DNA of 64,000 bases from Selaginella moellendorffii (taxonomy: Eukaryota; Plantae; Lycopodiophyta). Where the stretch lies: contig NW_003314317.1 in the NCBI RefSeq assembly GCF_000143415.4, positions 372,001 to 436,000 on the forward strand, in the 5' to 3' direction. The notes under the pieces are model-generated. The model saw nothing but the letters and a program-made list of their open reading frames with translations, was not told the origin of the DNA and did not search any database. Within the stretch, counting starts at the first letter, position 1. Each line of letters begins with the position of its first letter. Made by a program: the position numbers and the translations under genes. Positions 46,664 through 57,876 of this stretch are shown one piece after another.

Positions 46664-48386
46664 TTAAGCGAATGGATTTCCAGGCCGTGTAGCGTGTGTC
46701 AATTCTTCGCGTGAAGTGTCTGGCAGCGTTTGCCACGACTGAGCCGACGAGGAACTCTCGCTGTCTATCATCGGGTTCTGGAATTGGAACTCGTGGCTGG
46801 GAGTAAAATCCTGGATGAAGTTTTATCAGAGTTACGGCTTGGAAAAGGAGAACAGAGCTTTCTCACCGGGAGACTGGTGTCCTCGGGTAGATCAAACGGG
46901 TTCGTTGATTTTCGACGAGGCTAAATCCAGAGGAGGAAACGAAAGTGAGAAGCTAGAGTTGAGTTGAGTGGTGATTGAGATCTTACCGCTGCAGCGACGG
47001 TTTCTGGTGCAAATTGTGATGGGGGAAAACTTATCTGCCAGTAGAACTATGTTGAAGATGGTAGAACAAGTTGATAGTTACCTGAGGAAAAACCAAACCC
47101 TGCGCGGTATTCGACCACATAGTTGTTTCGTGGTTTGGATGCCACATTTCTTGCCATGACGCCGAGTTTGCTGGCTGCTCCGGGGAAGTATCGAACGTAG
47201 CCCAGCCGGTAGTGCTTGCTTTGATATATGGCTGCTGCTGTACCATTTCTGGATTCTCTGGATATGGATTTTCTGGGTATGTGTTTTGTTGGGAGCTGCT
47301 TGTTGGTGCACCTGGTGAATCGTTCTGTGCGGAAAAAGGAACAAAAAGGAAGTCACAGGAATTAACTTGAGTGAGTAGCACTTACAGCAGTGGAAGGTCT
47401 CTGTGGTTCTATACGTAGAACAGGCAAATCGTCACCAAGAATCTCCCGCATTGAGCGAACTTCAGGAGAGTAGCCACCGTCGTAGTCCCTGGAAGAAACT
47501 GGCCGATCATCTGATCTTGTTCTCTGGTGAGCTTCTCGCTGCAAGCCCGGACGACGCTCTTCGAAAGAGTGGCTGCTCAGAAAGCTCGATCGGAGGCTGC
47601 TTCGTTTGCCATCTTGTTCATCTCCCTGAAAAAATACGGAAAAAAAAGAAAAGAAAAGTAAACAACGTGAGCACATTATAATAAGTTTGAGACACTGACT
47701 CTAGGTGGTGGAGGCTTGTCAGCTGAATACAGTTGGTCTACATAGATGGCTTTGACGAAGTCTCTAAGTTTCTCGGGATTTCTTCAAAAACAATTGGAAA
47801 ACGATCGGGTCAGAAGTGTTACTTTCAATTACAAGAGTCTGAAAGAGTAATCAGCCTACCACAGAGCTCTTTTTTCTTCTACCTGCTATCTGGAACAGGA
47901 TGATGCCTGGAGTCCCAGTGCTTATAATACATCTCCAAAGCTCGCTGGAAGAACATAAGAGGAAACATTTACACGATAGAATCAATCGCAACACTGGTGT
48001 TTCGGGATTTAACCTGGTTTCCACCCGCTTGGAGAGCTGCTACTTCCTCGGGAGTGAATTTGGAGAGCGAAATGGATTTTACCCGATGGCTGAATTCTCG
48101 GCTACAAAGGAAATAAGCAAGGATTAGAGCAAGCAAAGGAAAAAGTGGTAGCGTACTGGACTCCACCACAAGCCATGCACACAAAAGTCGAGAAAGTTGT
48201 GCAAACATATTGTGGTCCCTGGAAAAATCACACCAAAAGAGCCTTCTCAACAAAGAACGATCCAGAAAGAAACAAGCAAGAAGACTGTACCACGCTACCG
48301 CAATTCAAGCATTTCCTGTTGTCATCGAGCTTGGACAATCCGCGAATGATCCTCTCGTGCCTCACATCCTCCTTGTTCCGATTCAT
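46664..48386 (-). CDS. ADP-ribosylation factor GAP (AGD14/AGFG-like), spliced
   Basis: NRKCLNCGS..GPQYVCTTFSTFVCMACGGVH|REFSHRVKSISLSKFTPEEV (zinc finger); WATFD, STNPFD, terminal GNPFA*. Confidence 0.92.
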
Positions 48387-48879
48387 CCTTCTCTGGAACA
48401 AAGAGAAACCGCCGCCATTCCTTGCGACCTAAAATCACCAGCCCAGCTCACCTCCTTTACGCCCCTCCGCTCCCACCGACGATCGCCAAGAGGGACGCGA
48501 TCGACACACCGCCAAGCGCCGCGCGCTGGGTTGGATGCTCGAAGATTTCTTCAAGACCGTGGGGGCGGCGCCGCGACAAGACGACAACGCGAAGAACAAC
48601 ACACAAGAGAAAGAAAAAAAATAATGTTATCCACTTTCCCCAAAATTTGTAATTTAGGTCATTTATTCTTGTCAACTCTTTTTTAGGGTTTCTAGGTGGC
48701 GTTAGAAGTTTAAAGATCTTTAGTCCATTTGATGTTCTATATACAATAAATTTTTTTTGTTATGCATTGCATGTAATAATGTTTAGCTTGCTTAATAGTA
48801 GTGTTATTTTAACTTATTAATCTAACTGATCAAATAAAGTTTATAATTATAAACATGTTTGTAATTTATAAACACAAGA

Positions 48880-49054
48880 TGTGAGGGCCAAGTGTACGGC
48901 TACGATGCCGTATACTAATATTAGCGTAGTGGATTTTAGTAGCCGTCGGATTGGTTTCAATCCGGACCACTCGCTCCTGTATATAAACTAGGGTTTTTGG
49001 GCTAATTGATATGCACATTTCTGTATTCCCTTTTCCATATTCCAGGCACTCACA
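48880..49054 (+). repeat. 5' LTR
   Basis: 173/175 identical to 53703-53877; contains TATATAA. Confidence 0.97.
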
Positions 49055-49055
49055 T

Positions 49056-49071
49056 TGGTGGAGATGAGGGG
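49056..49071 (+). promoter_or_regulatory. Primer-binding site, tRNA-Ala type
   Basis: TGGTGGAGATGAGGGG versus the complement of the plant tRNA-Ala 3' end (TGGTGGAGATGCGGGG, from memory). Confidence 0.8.
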
Positions 49072-49278
49072 CACCTTTGATTGTCCCTAAGGAGTGCTTG
49101 GATTTGGGATTTTGATTTAGATCTAGCTTTTGCATCGTCTAGATCTAGCTTTTTCCATTTCCTTTCTTTTGTTCTTTTTTTTGGTTTAGATCTAGCTTTT
49201 TGCGTTGTCTAGATCTACCATTTCCTTCTAGCTTTTTGTCATCTCTCTTCTTTTGCTCTTTCTTTTTCGTTCATCTTC

Positions 49279-50211
49279 ATGGTAGATCCGCAATCTCCTC
49301 CTTTGACTCTAGAGCAGCAGTTGGTACAATTGCTTGATGCTATGCGCTTGCAATTGAACAACCAAACTCAGTTGATGGCGGCGTTCACGGCACGTGGTAC
49401 AACTCCTCCTGCTCTTGGTGCTAATCCTCGCGTTCGGCCGGAGTTCTTTCGCGGGAATCCTGGGGATGATGTGTACCATTGGTTCGATCACTTCACGGTG
49501 ATTGCCACATATCATTCTTGGGATGATGCTCGACGTTTGCGTGAGTTTCCCACGTGTCTCCAAGGGACGGCGTTGCAGTGGTATAATGGTTTGAGCGCAG
49601 CCACTCGTGGGGATTGGAGTGTTCTCCCGGACGTCTTCAAACGCGCCTTCGGACATGCCGATGATTGTGATGATGCTTTCCAACAATTGCATCGTCTTCG
49701 CCAAGGGCCATCTGAGTCAGTGATGCAATTTGGCGTTCGTTTCCGAAGTCTTTTGCTTCGTGCGGAGCCAAATATGTCGGAGCGGATCAAGCTAGGAATG
49801 TTGTGGCCAGCACTTCGTCAAGATCTTGTCGGACTTGTGCATGCACTTGCTCCTGCCACCCTTGACGATGCTCTTCGCTTGGCACAACGTTATGAGACGT
49901 CGCCTCTTCCACTTCTCGCTGCACGTCCTTCCGCTCCACTTCCTATGGGTGATGGTCCTGTTCCAATGGAGGTTGATGCTGCTGCTGCTCGAGTCCAAGG
50001 ACAAGCGCGAGGACGTGGTCGTGGCCGTGATGTTCGCTGCTGGGCGTATGATGAAGTTGGTCATACTTATCGGCGTTGCCGTCGTTTTCCGGATTGGCGA
50101 CCTCCATTTCCTGGGTGGAGACCTTGGCGTCAGCAACGTCCCGTGGGTGCTGCTGCAGTGGAAGGTCTGGACACCGAGATGCATCCGAGAAACGAGGAGT
50201 CGCGCGAGTAA
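49279..50211 (+). CDS. gag: Gag (Retrotrans_gag; degenerate zinc knuckle CWAYDEVGHTYRRC)
   Basis: PEFFRG...WF..F, LQGTALQWY, LRQGPSESV.QF, GPVPMEVD. Confidence 0.92.
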   Translation: MVDPQSPPLTLEQQLVQLLDAMRLQLNNQTQLMAAFTARGTTPPALGANPRVRPEFFRGNPGDDVYHWFDHFTVIATYHSWDDARRLREFPTCLQGTALQWYNGLSAATRGDWSVLPDVFKRAFGHADDCDDAFQQLHRLRQGPSESVMQFGVRFRSLLLRAEPNMSERIKLGMLWPALRQDLVGLVHALAPATLDDALRLAQRYETSPLPLLAARPSAPLPMGDGPVPMEVDAAAARVQGQARGRGRGRDVRCWAYDEVGHTYRRCRRFPDWRPPFPGWRPWRQQRPVGAAAVEGLDTEMHPRNEESRE

Positions 50212-53200
50212 TGGAGGGACCTTGCGGGAATAAATCAGTGACCCCTCCATCTTTCTTTCGAGAGTATCATCAAGGGGTTCACTCGGCACCGGTTCATCCC
50301 GTGTTTACTTTCCAAGCTCGTTTTTATAACAAAAGGTCTCCTATTATTCTCTCCGTGTTGGTTGATACAGGTTCGAGTTTATCTTCTATTGCTCGACCTG
50401 TTACCACACGTTGTCGTCTACACTTGCGTCGTGCGGCGGAACCAGTTTTCATTCTTTATGGCAACGGCCGTACACATGCATGTGCACGGGATGAGGTGGA
50501 CCTAGTTGTGCGTGTGGGCGATCTCGAGCTTGAGTTGCAGTCGTTGCGGGTGGTGCCGAGTCAAGCTTTTGACCTCATTCTTGGTATGGATTGGTTGCAG
50601 GGCAATCATGCCAAGTGTGACTTTGAGGCTTCTCCCCCTTGTCTCATACTTCCTTATGTTTCATCCATTCCTCTCACTTCCATACCTCTTCGTCCCTCTA
50701 CTTCTACCTCTGCTTCCATTACTTTTGTTCCCCCACTCTTTCCTTCTGTGTTTCCATCTTGTTCTGCTTTTCCCTTTTCCGATCCCTCCGACGATCTTTG
50801 TGTTGCAGCAGTTGACCGGCTCATGAAAGAGTATTCTGATCTCTTTGAATTTGACCTATCGTCTGGGGCCAAGATTGCCACACGTCATCCGATTCCAACC
50901 GGGGATGCTCGTCCAATCAAGGTTCCTGTTTGTCGTCGGTCACCTAAGGAGATCAAGATTTTACGAGCCAACGTCAAGGAAATGCTAGAGAAGGGTGTTA
51001 TTCGGAAGTCGCGGAGTCCTTGGGCATATGAACCTCATCTTGTGACGAAGCCTCATCTTGTGACGAAGCCTGATGGGAGTATTCGTTTCTGCATCGACTA
51101 TCGCCCGTTAAACGAAGTGACGATCCCAGATGTGTATCCTCTTCCTCACACTGCTGATCTCTTAGATCGTTTGGGGCGAAGTCGTTGGTTCACCAAGCTA
51201 GATCTTGCTTCTGGGTATTGGCAAGTACCGATGGCCGAAGAAGATATTCCTAAGACTGCTTTTCGTACACCATTTGGTTTGTACGAGTTCTTGGTGATGC
51301 CGTTTGGTTTGAACAATGCTCCCGCAACTTTCCAGCGGATGATGGACGAGGTTCTTTGCGATATGCCGGAAGTGACTGCTTACTTCATTGATGATGTCTT
51401 GATCCATTCGGAGGGGACGTGGGAGGAGCACGTTCGTGATGTTTGTAAAGTGTTGGATCGGCTACGGGATGTTGGTTTAAAGCTGAAGCGGTCAAAGTGC
51501 GTGTTTTGGGTACCGTATTTCTCGTGAGGGTTTGCAAGTTGATCCTGACAAACTTGTGGCTGTTCTAAAGTTCCCTACTCCGAAATGTGTGAATGATGTG
51601 CAACGCTTGTTGGGTAAGGTGCAGTATCTCGGTCGTTTTGTGGATCATCTTTCCGATCGCACTACACCATTGCGAGCGTTGCTGAAGTCATCAACGTCAT
51701 CTTTCATCTGGTCTCCGGATTGTGAGCGGGCGTTCGTGGATCTCAAAGAGCTATTGACGACTCCTCCGGTTTTGGCATATCCTGACTACACTCGACCTTT
51801 TATTTTGCACGTGGATGCTTCTGACATTGGTCTTGGAGGTGTGTTGATGCAAGAGAGCTCGAGTGTGCCTGGTCAGCGCCATCCCATTGCATACATAAGC
51901 CGTACATTACAACCAGCGGAGATGAACTACTCCACGACGGAGAAGGAGTGTTTAGCAGCAGTCTGGGGTTTCGAGAAACTTCATGCATATCTACATGGTT
52001 CTCGGACGTTACTTGAAAGTGACCATGCTGCTGTTACTTCATTATTGAAGCGGAAGAACCTGGTTGGTCGTACGGCTCGATGGGCTTTAAAGCTTCAGAT
52101 ATATGATTTCGATGTTGTTCATCGCCCAGGGAGTTCTATGGCTGATGCTGATGCCCTTTCTCGAGCTCCTCTTCCTTCTCCACTCACTTCTCATGTTTCT
52201 GACGAACCTGTTGTTCCAGCGTCTGTGGATTTTCTAGATGAGGATTCTGTGCCGTCGGCGGTTGCTGTCCTTGACGTTCAGTGTCCACAGGGCGCAGAGC
52301 AAGATCTACCTTCTCTTGATGAGGTTCGCGAGGCTCAAAAGATTGAGCCGTGGATTCAAAGGCTTCGAGATGGGTTTGAGAATCTTACATCACTTGCTAA
52401 TGACTTGCCTTTCTGGCATTTACATTCTCAATATCGCCTTGAAGATGGCCTTCTTTATTTTGTGGGGACGGATCCTGATGATCATTTACGGCTGGTGGTG
52501 CCTTCGGTGTTTATTCCGCGGTTTCTCCATGCCTACCATGATTCTCCTGTTCTAGGTGGGCATATGGGACACCGTCGTGTCACCGAGAAGCTGCGCAGGT
52601 CTTTCTATTGGCCGGAGATGCGACGTGATATTATCCGGTATGTGCGTAGCTGCGTTTGGTGCCAAGCTCGTAATACTCCCCCTTGTGCTGCGGAAGGACG
52701 GTTGGAGTCAATTGCAGTTTCCCGTCCGTTTGAGTTGGTGGCGTTTGATCTTATGGGACCTTTTCCACGATCGACTGCTGGCAATGAGTATGTTATTATT
52801 GCTTCTGACTACTTGACTCGTTGGGTGGAAGTTGGTGCTCTTGCTAGCGCCTCTGCAACTGCTGTTGGATACTTCCTCCTCAATCGAGTGGTGTTCCAGC
52901 ATTCTTGTCCAGAGCGGATTCTTTCGGATAATGGTCCTGCATTTATGGCTGAGGTATTTCATGTTTTGACATCTCGGTTGGGGATACGCCACACTTTTAC
53001 GAGTGCTTATCATCCACAATCAGACAGTCTGGTGGAACGGCTCGTTCGGACATTTAAAGGGATGATTGCGAAGTATGTGAACTTTCAGCATTCGGATTGG
53101 GATGGTTATTTGCCGTCTCTTCGGTATGCCTATGTCACAGGGGTGCAGAGTTCTGTTGGTGCTTCACCATATAAACTTCTATATGGTCATGATCCAATTT

Positions 53201-53670
53201 TACCAACAGAGTTGGGTTTACCTTCGCGATTGCCACGAGCTCCTGATGCTAGGTCATGGGATCAGTATTTGACAAGCATTCTTCCACTTGTCCGAGCAGA
53301 GTCTGCCGAACACTTAGGCCGCGTACAAGTGGGACAACAACGGCGCTACAACTCCCATCATCGTCCACCTGCGGAGTACAAAGTGGATGATTTGGTGTTA
53401 GTCCGTTTTCCCCATCTTACGGTACGTGGTTTATCTAAGGGGCTCCTTGTGCAGTGGAAAGGACCGTATCGGGTGTTGCGGCAAGTTGGACCGCAAGTTT
53501 ATGAGGTTCGGCATGACGTTCAGCAAGCCGATCCTCCAGAGATTGTGCATGTGCAGCGGTTAAAACGCTTCATACAAAGGGATCAGGAGCAGTTAATATC
53601 GTCTACAGATCCGCCGATGCCTCCTCCTGACGTTCCTCCAGATCCCGGCCCATCTACAAGAGAACCCTGA
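50190..53670 (+). pseudogene. pol: Pol (PR-RT-RNaseH-IN) in the -1 frame to gag, broken by a frameshifting deletion near 51505-51512
   Basis: LVDTGS; RFCIDYRPLN, KLDLASGYWQV, MPFGL.NAPATFQR, FIDD; VDAS, TEKECLA, DALSR; HHCC, FDLMGP, SDNG, ERL, WKGPY. KCVF is followed by LGYRISREG in another frame. Confidence 0.93.
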
Positions 53671-53687
53671 TGGCCTTCCATTATTCC

Positions 53688-53699
53688 GAGAGGAGGGGA
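53688..53699 (+). promoter_or_regulatory. Polypurine tract
   Basis: GAGAGGAGGGGA, 3 nt upstream of the 3' LTR. Confidence 0.85.
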
Positions 53700-53702
53700 T
53701 GA

Positions 53703-53877
53703 TGTGAGGGCCAAGTGTACGGCTACGATGCCGTATACTAATATTAGCGTAGTGGATTTTGGTAGCCGTCGGATTGGTTTCAATCCGGACCACTCGCTCC
53801 TGTATATAAGCTAGGGTTTTTGGGCTAATTGATATGCACATTTCTGTATTCCCTTTTCCATATTCCAGGCACTCACA
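53703..53877 (+). repeat. 3' LTR
   Basis: TGTGAG...CTCACA followed by TSD AAGA (53878-53881). Confidence 0.97.
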
Positions 53878-54155
53878 AAGATTAATTTTATTGTAGATGG
53901 TAGAATAAAAAAGAATATACTAGAAAGGGTTTAAGAAAGTTTATAAATTAGAAATATGTTTATAAATTATAAATACAACATTAATCTAAATGAATAACAA
54001 ACTGTTAGATGGTAAATTATCTTAAAATATCTAAAACCCCACAGATTTGCTAACCAAAAATGACAACTATATTAACAAAGAATTTGATTCTCTAGGTGTC
54101 AAATGAAGAAAAATACTGGCTATTCTCTTGATCAGTGGGGCAATCCTAGCCCCAA

Positions 54156-54350
54156 AGCTGTGTTCTCTGAAGAGTGGATGGTTGCGTTTGCTAGAAGCTC
54201 TTGGATTCAAGTCCTGTTCTGGAGGATGTTGTAGTAAGGCAAACTCTGGATGCCTCAGATTGGCAAGCAAGGCTTATTTGTGCTCTTCATGAGTTAAAGC
54301 TGGATTTTCCTTGATGCTACCAAGGTCCCTTTATCCTGTGCTGATATGGT
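54156..54350 (+). pseudogene. Eroded fragment of the adjacent F-box gene
   Basis: gctgtgttct..gaagagtggatg.ttgcgtttg...gctcttggattc.agtcctgttctggagga matches 54851-55090. Confidence 0.8.
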
Positions 54351-54406
54351 CATGGTGTAAGGGTTAGGGCAAGTTTAAAAAGACTCCTTTTCTAGGGTTT
54401 CTCATA

Positions 54407-55459
54407 ATGGAGGGTCTCTCGGATGATTTGATCGCAAACATACTGGAGGGAGTAGAGCCACACTTCATCATGAAAAAGAAAGAGAAAAAGTATGCTGGCT
54501 ATTCTCTCGTCTGCAAGAGATGGAGCAGGATCGGTAGGGAAATCGGAGCTCTATCAGTGAAATCAAACTGGTGGAAAACGGCGGTCGCATTCGAGGAGCA
54601 TCGGGATCAAGTCGTTCGAAGGCTCTTCGTCGCGGTCAATCGTTTCGAGCCCGAGCCTTCTCAGGACCGTCGTTGCTTCTCTTGGCTTCGGAAAGTGGGC
54701 AGCACACTGGAGGAGCTGAGGATTAAGTATGGTGGGACGTCACCACAGGTAGGCTTGAAAGACGTATCAACTTGTTCCATGCTCAGACATCTCACCCTAT
54801 GTTGTAACGTCGTGGGGTCGATCCAAGTTGGGTTTTTCCCATGGCTCCGGAGCTGTGTTCTTGGAAGAGTGGATGCTTGCGTTTGTCAGCAGCTCTTGGA
54901 TTCGAGTCCTGTTCTGGAGGAATTCGAAATCTTGAGAGTTGTGGTAAGGCGTCGTCGTACACATCTCATCCCGAACTCCCTCAGATCGGTGAGCTTGAAA
55001 TCCTTCAGGCTGCGTAGAATCGGTGGCTCTGATGAGTTGAAGCTGGACTTTCCCAATCTTGAGGCTGCTGAGGTCCTGTTATGTTCTGCAAAGGTGGTGC
55101 TTCAAACTCCTGTGCTCAAACAGCTTAAATTGACCAGGGATACCCGGGCAATGTTTAGATTCGAGCTCGAAACAAGCGAGCCTCTCCAGGAGCTGGAGGC
55201 TCCACTGAATTCCTTCAGGAGCATCGCTGCAACTTTGGACGTGATGCACTTGACAACGCTCACCCTTCGCTGCAGAGAATCTGATAAACTCGTCGATTGG
55301 AAGGTGGTGTTCCCTACGGTGAAGAAAGTTGTCTTGATATGCCCAATTAAGTGGCCTGGTCGTGCTAAACTACATGGGTTGCGCAGAAACTTTCCAGCTC
55401 TGGAGAAGTATAGTGTCTTAGATGATAGACTTGATATGCATAATCATATAATGATATAA
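54407..55459 (+). CDS. F-box/LRR-like protein, intronless
   Basis: MEGLSDDLIANIL...SLVCKRW F-box followed by LxxLxL repeats. Confidence 0.82.
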   Translation: MEGLSDDLIANILEGVEPHFIMKKKEKKYAGYSLVCKRWSRIGREIGALSVKSNWWKTAVAFEEHRDQVVRRLFVAVNRFEPEPSQDRRCFSWLRKVGSTLEELRIKYGGTSPQVGLKDVSTCSMLRHLTLCCNVVGSIQVGFFPWLRSCVLGRVDACVCQQLLDSSPVLEEFEILRVVVRRRRTHLIPNSLRSVSLKSFRLRRIGGSDELKLDFPNLEAAEVLLCSAKVVLQTPVLKQLKLTRDTRAMFRFELETSEPLQELEAPLNSFRSIAATLDVMHLTTLTLRCRESDKLVDWKVVFPTVKKVVLICPIKWPGRAKLHGLRRNFPALEKYSVLDDRLDMHNHIMI

Positions 55460-55510
55460 AGGATATAAGCTAACCTTTATACAACCTCTAAAGTTGATAG
55501 CCTATTTCCT

Positions 55511-57794
55511 CTATGCAGCACAAACTTCGTCCAGGCCTCTAGGAACACGATAGACACCGTCACACCGGTACTTGATATCCGAGCCTTCGAGCAAAAAAGG
55601 CTTGAGGAAGGCGTCCTGTGTGTCCTCCACGGGAGCGAGCTCCTGTTTAAGCCCGGCCTTCCTCGCCAGATCCTCTGGAGTTACCTCGGTGTGGAAGAGA
55701 GCCATCGCCAGGAAGTCCTTGCGCATCGATCTTCTGAGCTTCTCGACTTCGTGCTCCAGTGTGTTGCCGACGAGTAGCCTGTAGACGTAGACTTTCTTCT
55801 TCTGGCCGATTCTAAACGCGCGGCTCACTGCCTGCCGCACCGTGGAAGGATTCCAGGCCGTGTCGAGGACCACCACCCTGGAGCCACCGACGAGAGAGAT
55901 GCCTTCGCCGCAAGCTTTGATGGAGACGAGGATCACCCGCGCCGTGCTGCTCTTGGAGTTGAAAGTGCTGCTTATGCGGACCCTCTCGTTGGTTGCAGTC
56001 TCCCCGGACATGTAAAGGACCTCGTGAAGCTCCCTCCATCCCAGCCGCTCCATGATCATGTTCTTGAGAAGCTCAAGAGGCTGCCTGTACTGGCCGAAGA
56101 TGATCAGCTTCTCCGGCTTGTTCCTGAGGAAGCGCAGGAGCTCCATCACGAAGGCAGTCTTGGCGCCCGCCTTTGGATCCTGCTGCTCGAGCTGAGGAGA
56201 TTCCACGTCCACGGCAAAGCAAGGATGAACGCAAGCTCTCGCTAAGCGACTGTCCTCGGCCAAGAAGCCTCTCTTCTTTTCCTTGGTGTAGCTTTTGCCG
56301 GCGTTTAGAACGAGCGCCTTGTGAGCCTCGGTAAGATTTAGCGTCACCAGCACCTCCTCGATGCCCGGGAGACTGTCCAGAACCTTGCCACCGTGCCAAT
56401 GAAGAAACGGAGCCGTCAGCTTCCGAAAGAAACGAACCGCGGCGCCAAGGTTGTTCTCCAGCCGGTTCTCGATCATCTCCTTGAAGAAGTGCCTCTCCGC
56501 GTCATCCTTGGAAGCGTCAAACTCGAAGCGTTCCAGCACCGGTGTCAGGAAACTTGGCCGGCACAGGGTGAAGAGATTGTAGAGCTCGTCCAGGTTGTTT
56601 TGGAACACCGTCCCGGACAGGAAGATACGCCGAGGAGTTCTGACCGTCTTCAACGCTTCGGCGATCCTGGTGTTGTCATTCCTTGCGTAGTGAGCTTCGT
56701 CAAACACCAGCACGTCGGCTGCCCGAGCTAGCAGCCAGCTTTCGTCGCCCTCTTCGCCCTGGCCGCCCGCCAGCTTCGATGCCAGAAGCTGTGGAGTCAT
56801 GATGAGAACGCTGCGCTCCGTGGCCCATTTGTAGACCTTGATGTCCGAGTCGCCGTCGAGAATATAAACCGGTAGACTCGCGACCTCCCATTTGTGAAAC
56901 TCCTCCTCCCAGCGAAGGAGCATTCCCTTTGGAGCGAGGATCATAGCTCTGGCCGACTGGAAGTTGGCGAAGAAGCTAGTGAGGAAGCTGATGACGAGAA
57001 ACGTCTTGCCTGTTCCGGGGGCATGGTGGAGAATGACACCCCCGGGCTCCTTTGAGAGCAAGTTGCGGCTGATGAAGATAAACGCTTCCCTCTGGTGCGG
57101 ATACATCCGGGCACTGTCCATTGGATGCGGGACGAGATCCACGGTTATGTCGCCGAAGTTGAGCGTGGACTTCCATGCGTAGTCCTCGTGGAGCTTTAGT
57201 TTTTTAGTTGCCGGTCTAGAGCTCGCTTTCCTTGCTGGGACTGGAATCTGAAGAGTAGAGAAAAGAAGAAAGTCAAGGAGAGACAAGAAAGAAACGAAAT
57301 GATGCTCACGTCGAAGACGTCGGACACCAGCTTCACTACTCGCCCACAAATCTCGCACACCTTTCCACAATCCTCCCGGAAAACAAACTCGTGATCGCAG
57401 CTGTCGATGAGAACATCGATGTCTTTGAACTTGATGAGATCCGGCACCTATACACGATCAAAGAACGCAAAGCTCCTCAGGAAAGAAGAGACAAGAACAA
57501 TTTTTTTACCCTTCGTCGCTCGGCTTCAATCTCGGCATCCCAATCATGCCAGATCGCAGCGAGCTTGTCCTCGTTCTCCACCTTTTCGTGATCAAAATCC
57601 CAGCTTCTGGAGTCCTCGAGGCACGGATAGATCTCGTCCCCATCGTCGTCGTCATCCTCCTCCTCGACGGCCCTCCTCTTACCCGCATTTGGAGCCGGAT
57701 TCTTCCGCGTCGACTCCTTACGCTGCCATCGCTTCTCCTTGGCGATCAATCTATCCCAATCGATCGCCCTCTCATCGCCTTCCTCTACCAGCAT
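55511..57794 (-). CDS. SNF2 chromatin remodeller of the DRD1/CLSY (RdDM) clade, spliced
   Basis: CDHEF...G.VCEICG.V, MYPHQREAF, ILHHAPGTGKT, DEAHYARN, LSGTVFQNN, ACGEGISLVGGSRVV.LD..WNPS, QAVSRAFRIGQKKKVYVYRL. Confidence 0.92.
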
Positions 57795-57876
57795 TGTCGC
57801 GCGGGGAAGACAAAACCCTACCTAGACCCTCAAGAAGATTTATGGGAAGCACAGTATAGAAGGATGATTTAAAAGC

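Larger units (their letters stand above)
48880..53877 (+). mobile_element. Full-length non-chromoviral Ty3/Gypsy LTR retrotransposon (possibly Selgy clade)
   Basis: 175-bp LTRs TGTGAG...CTCACA with 2 mismatches, TSD AAGA, PBS, PPT, gag then PR-RT-RH-INT, GPY motif, no chromodomain. Confidence 0.97.
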
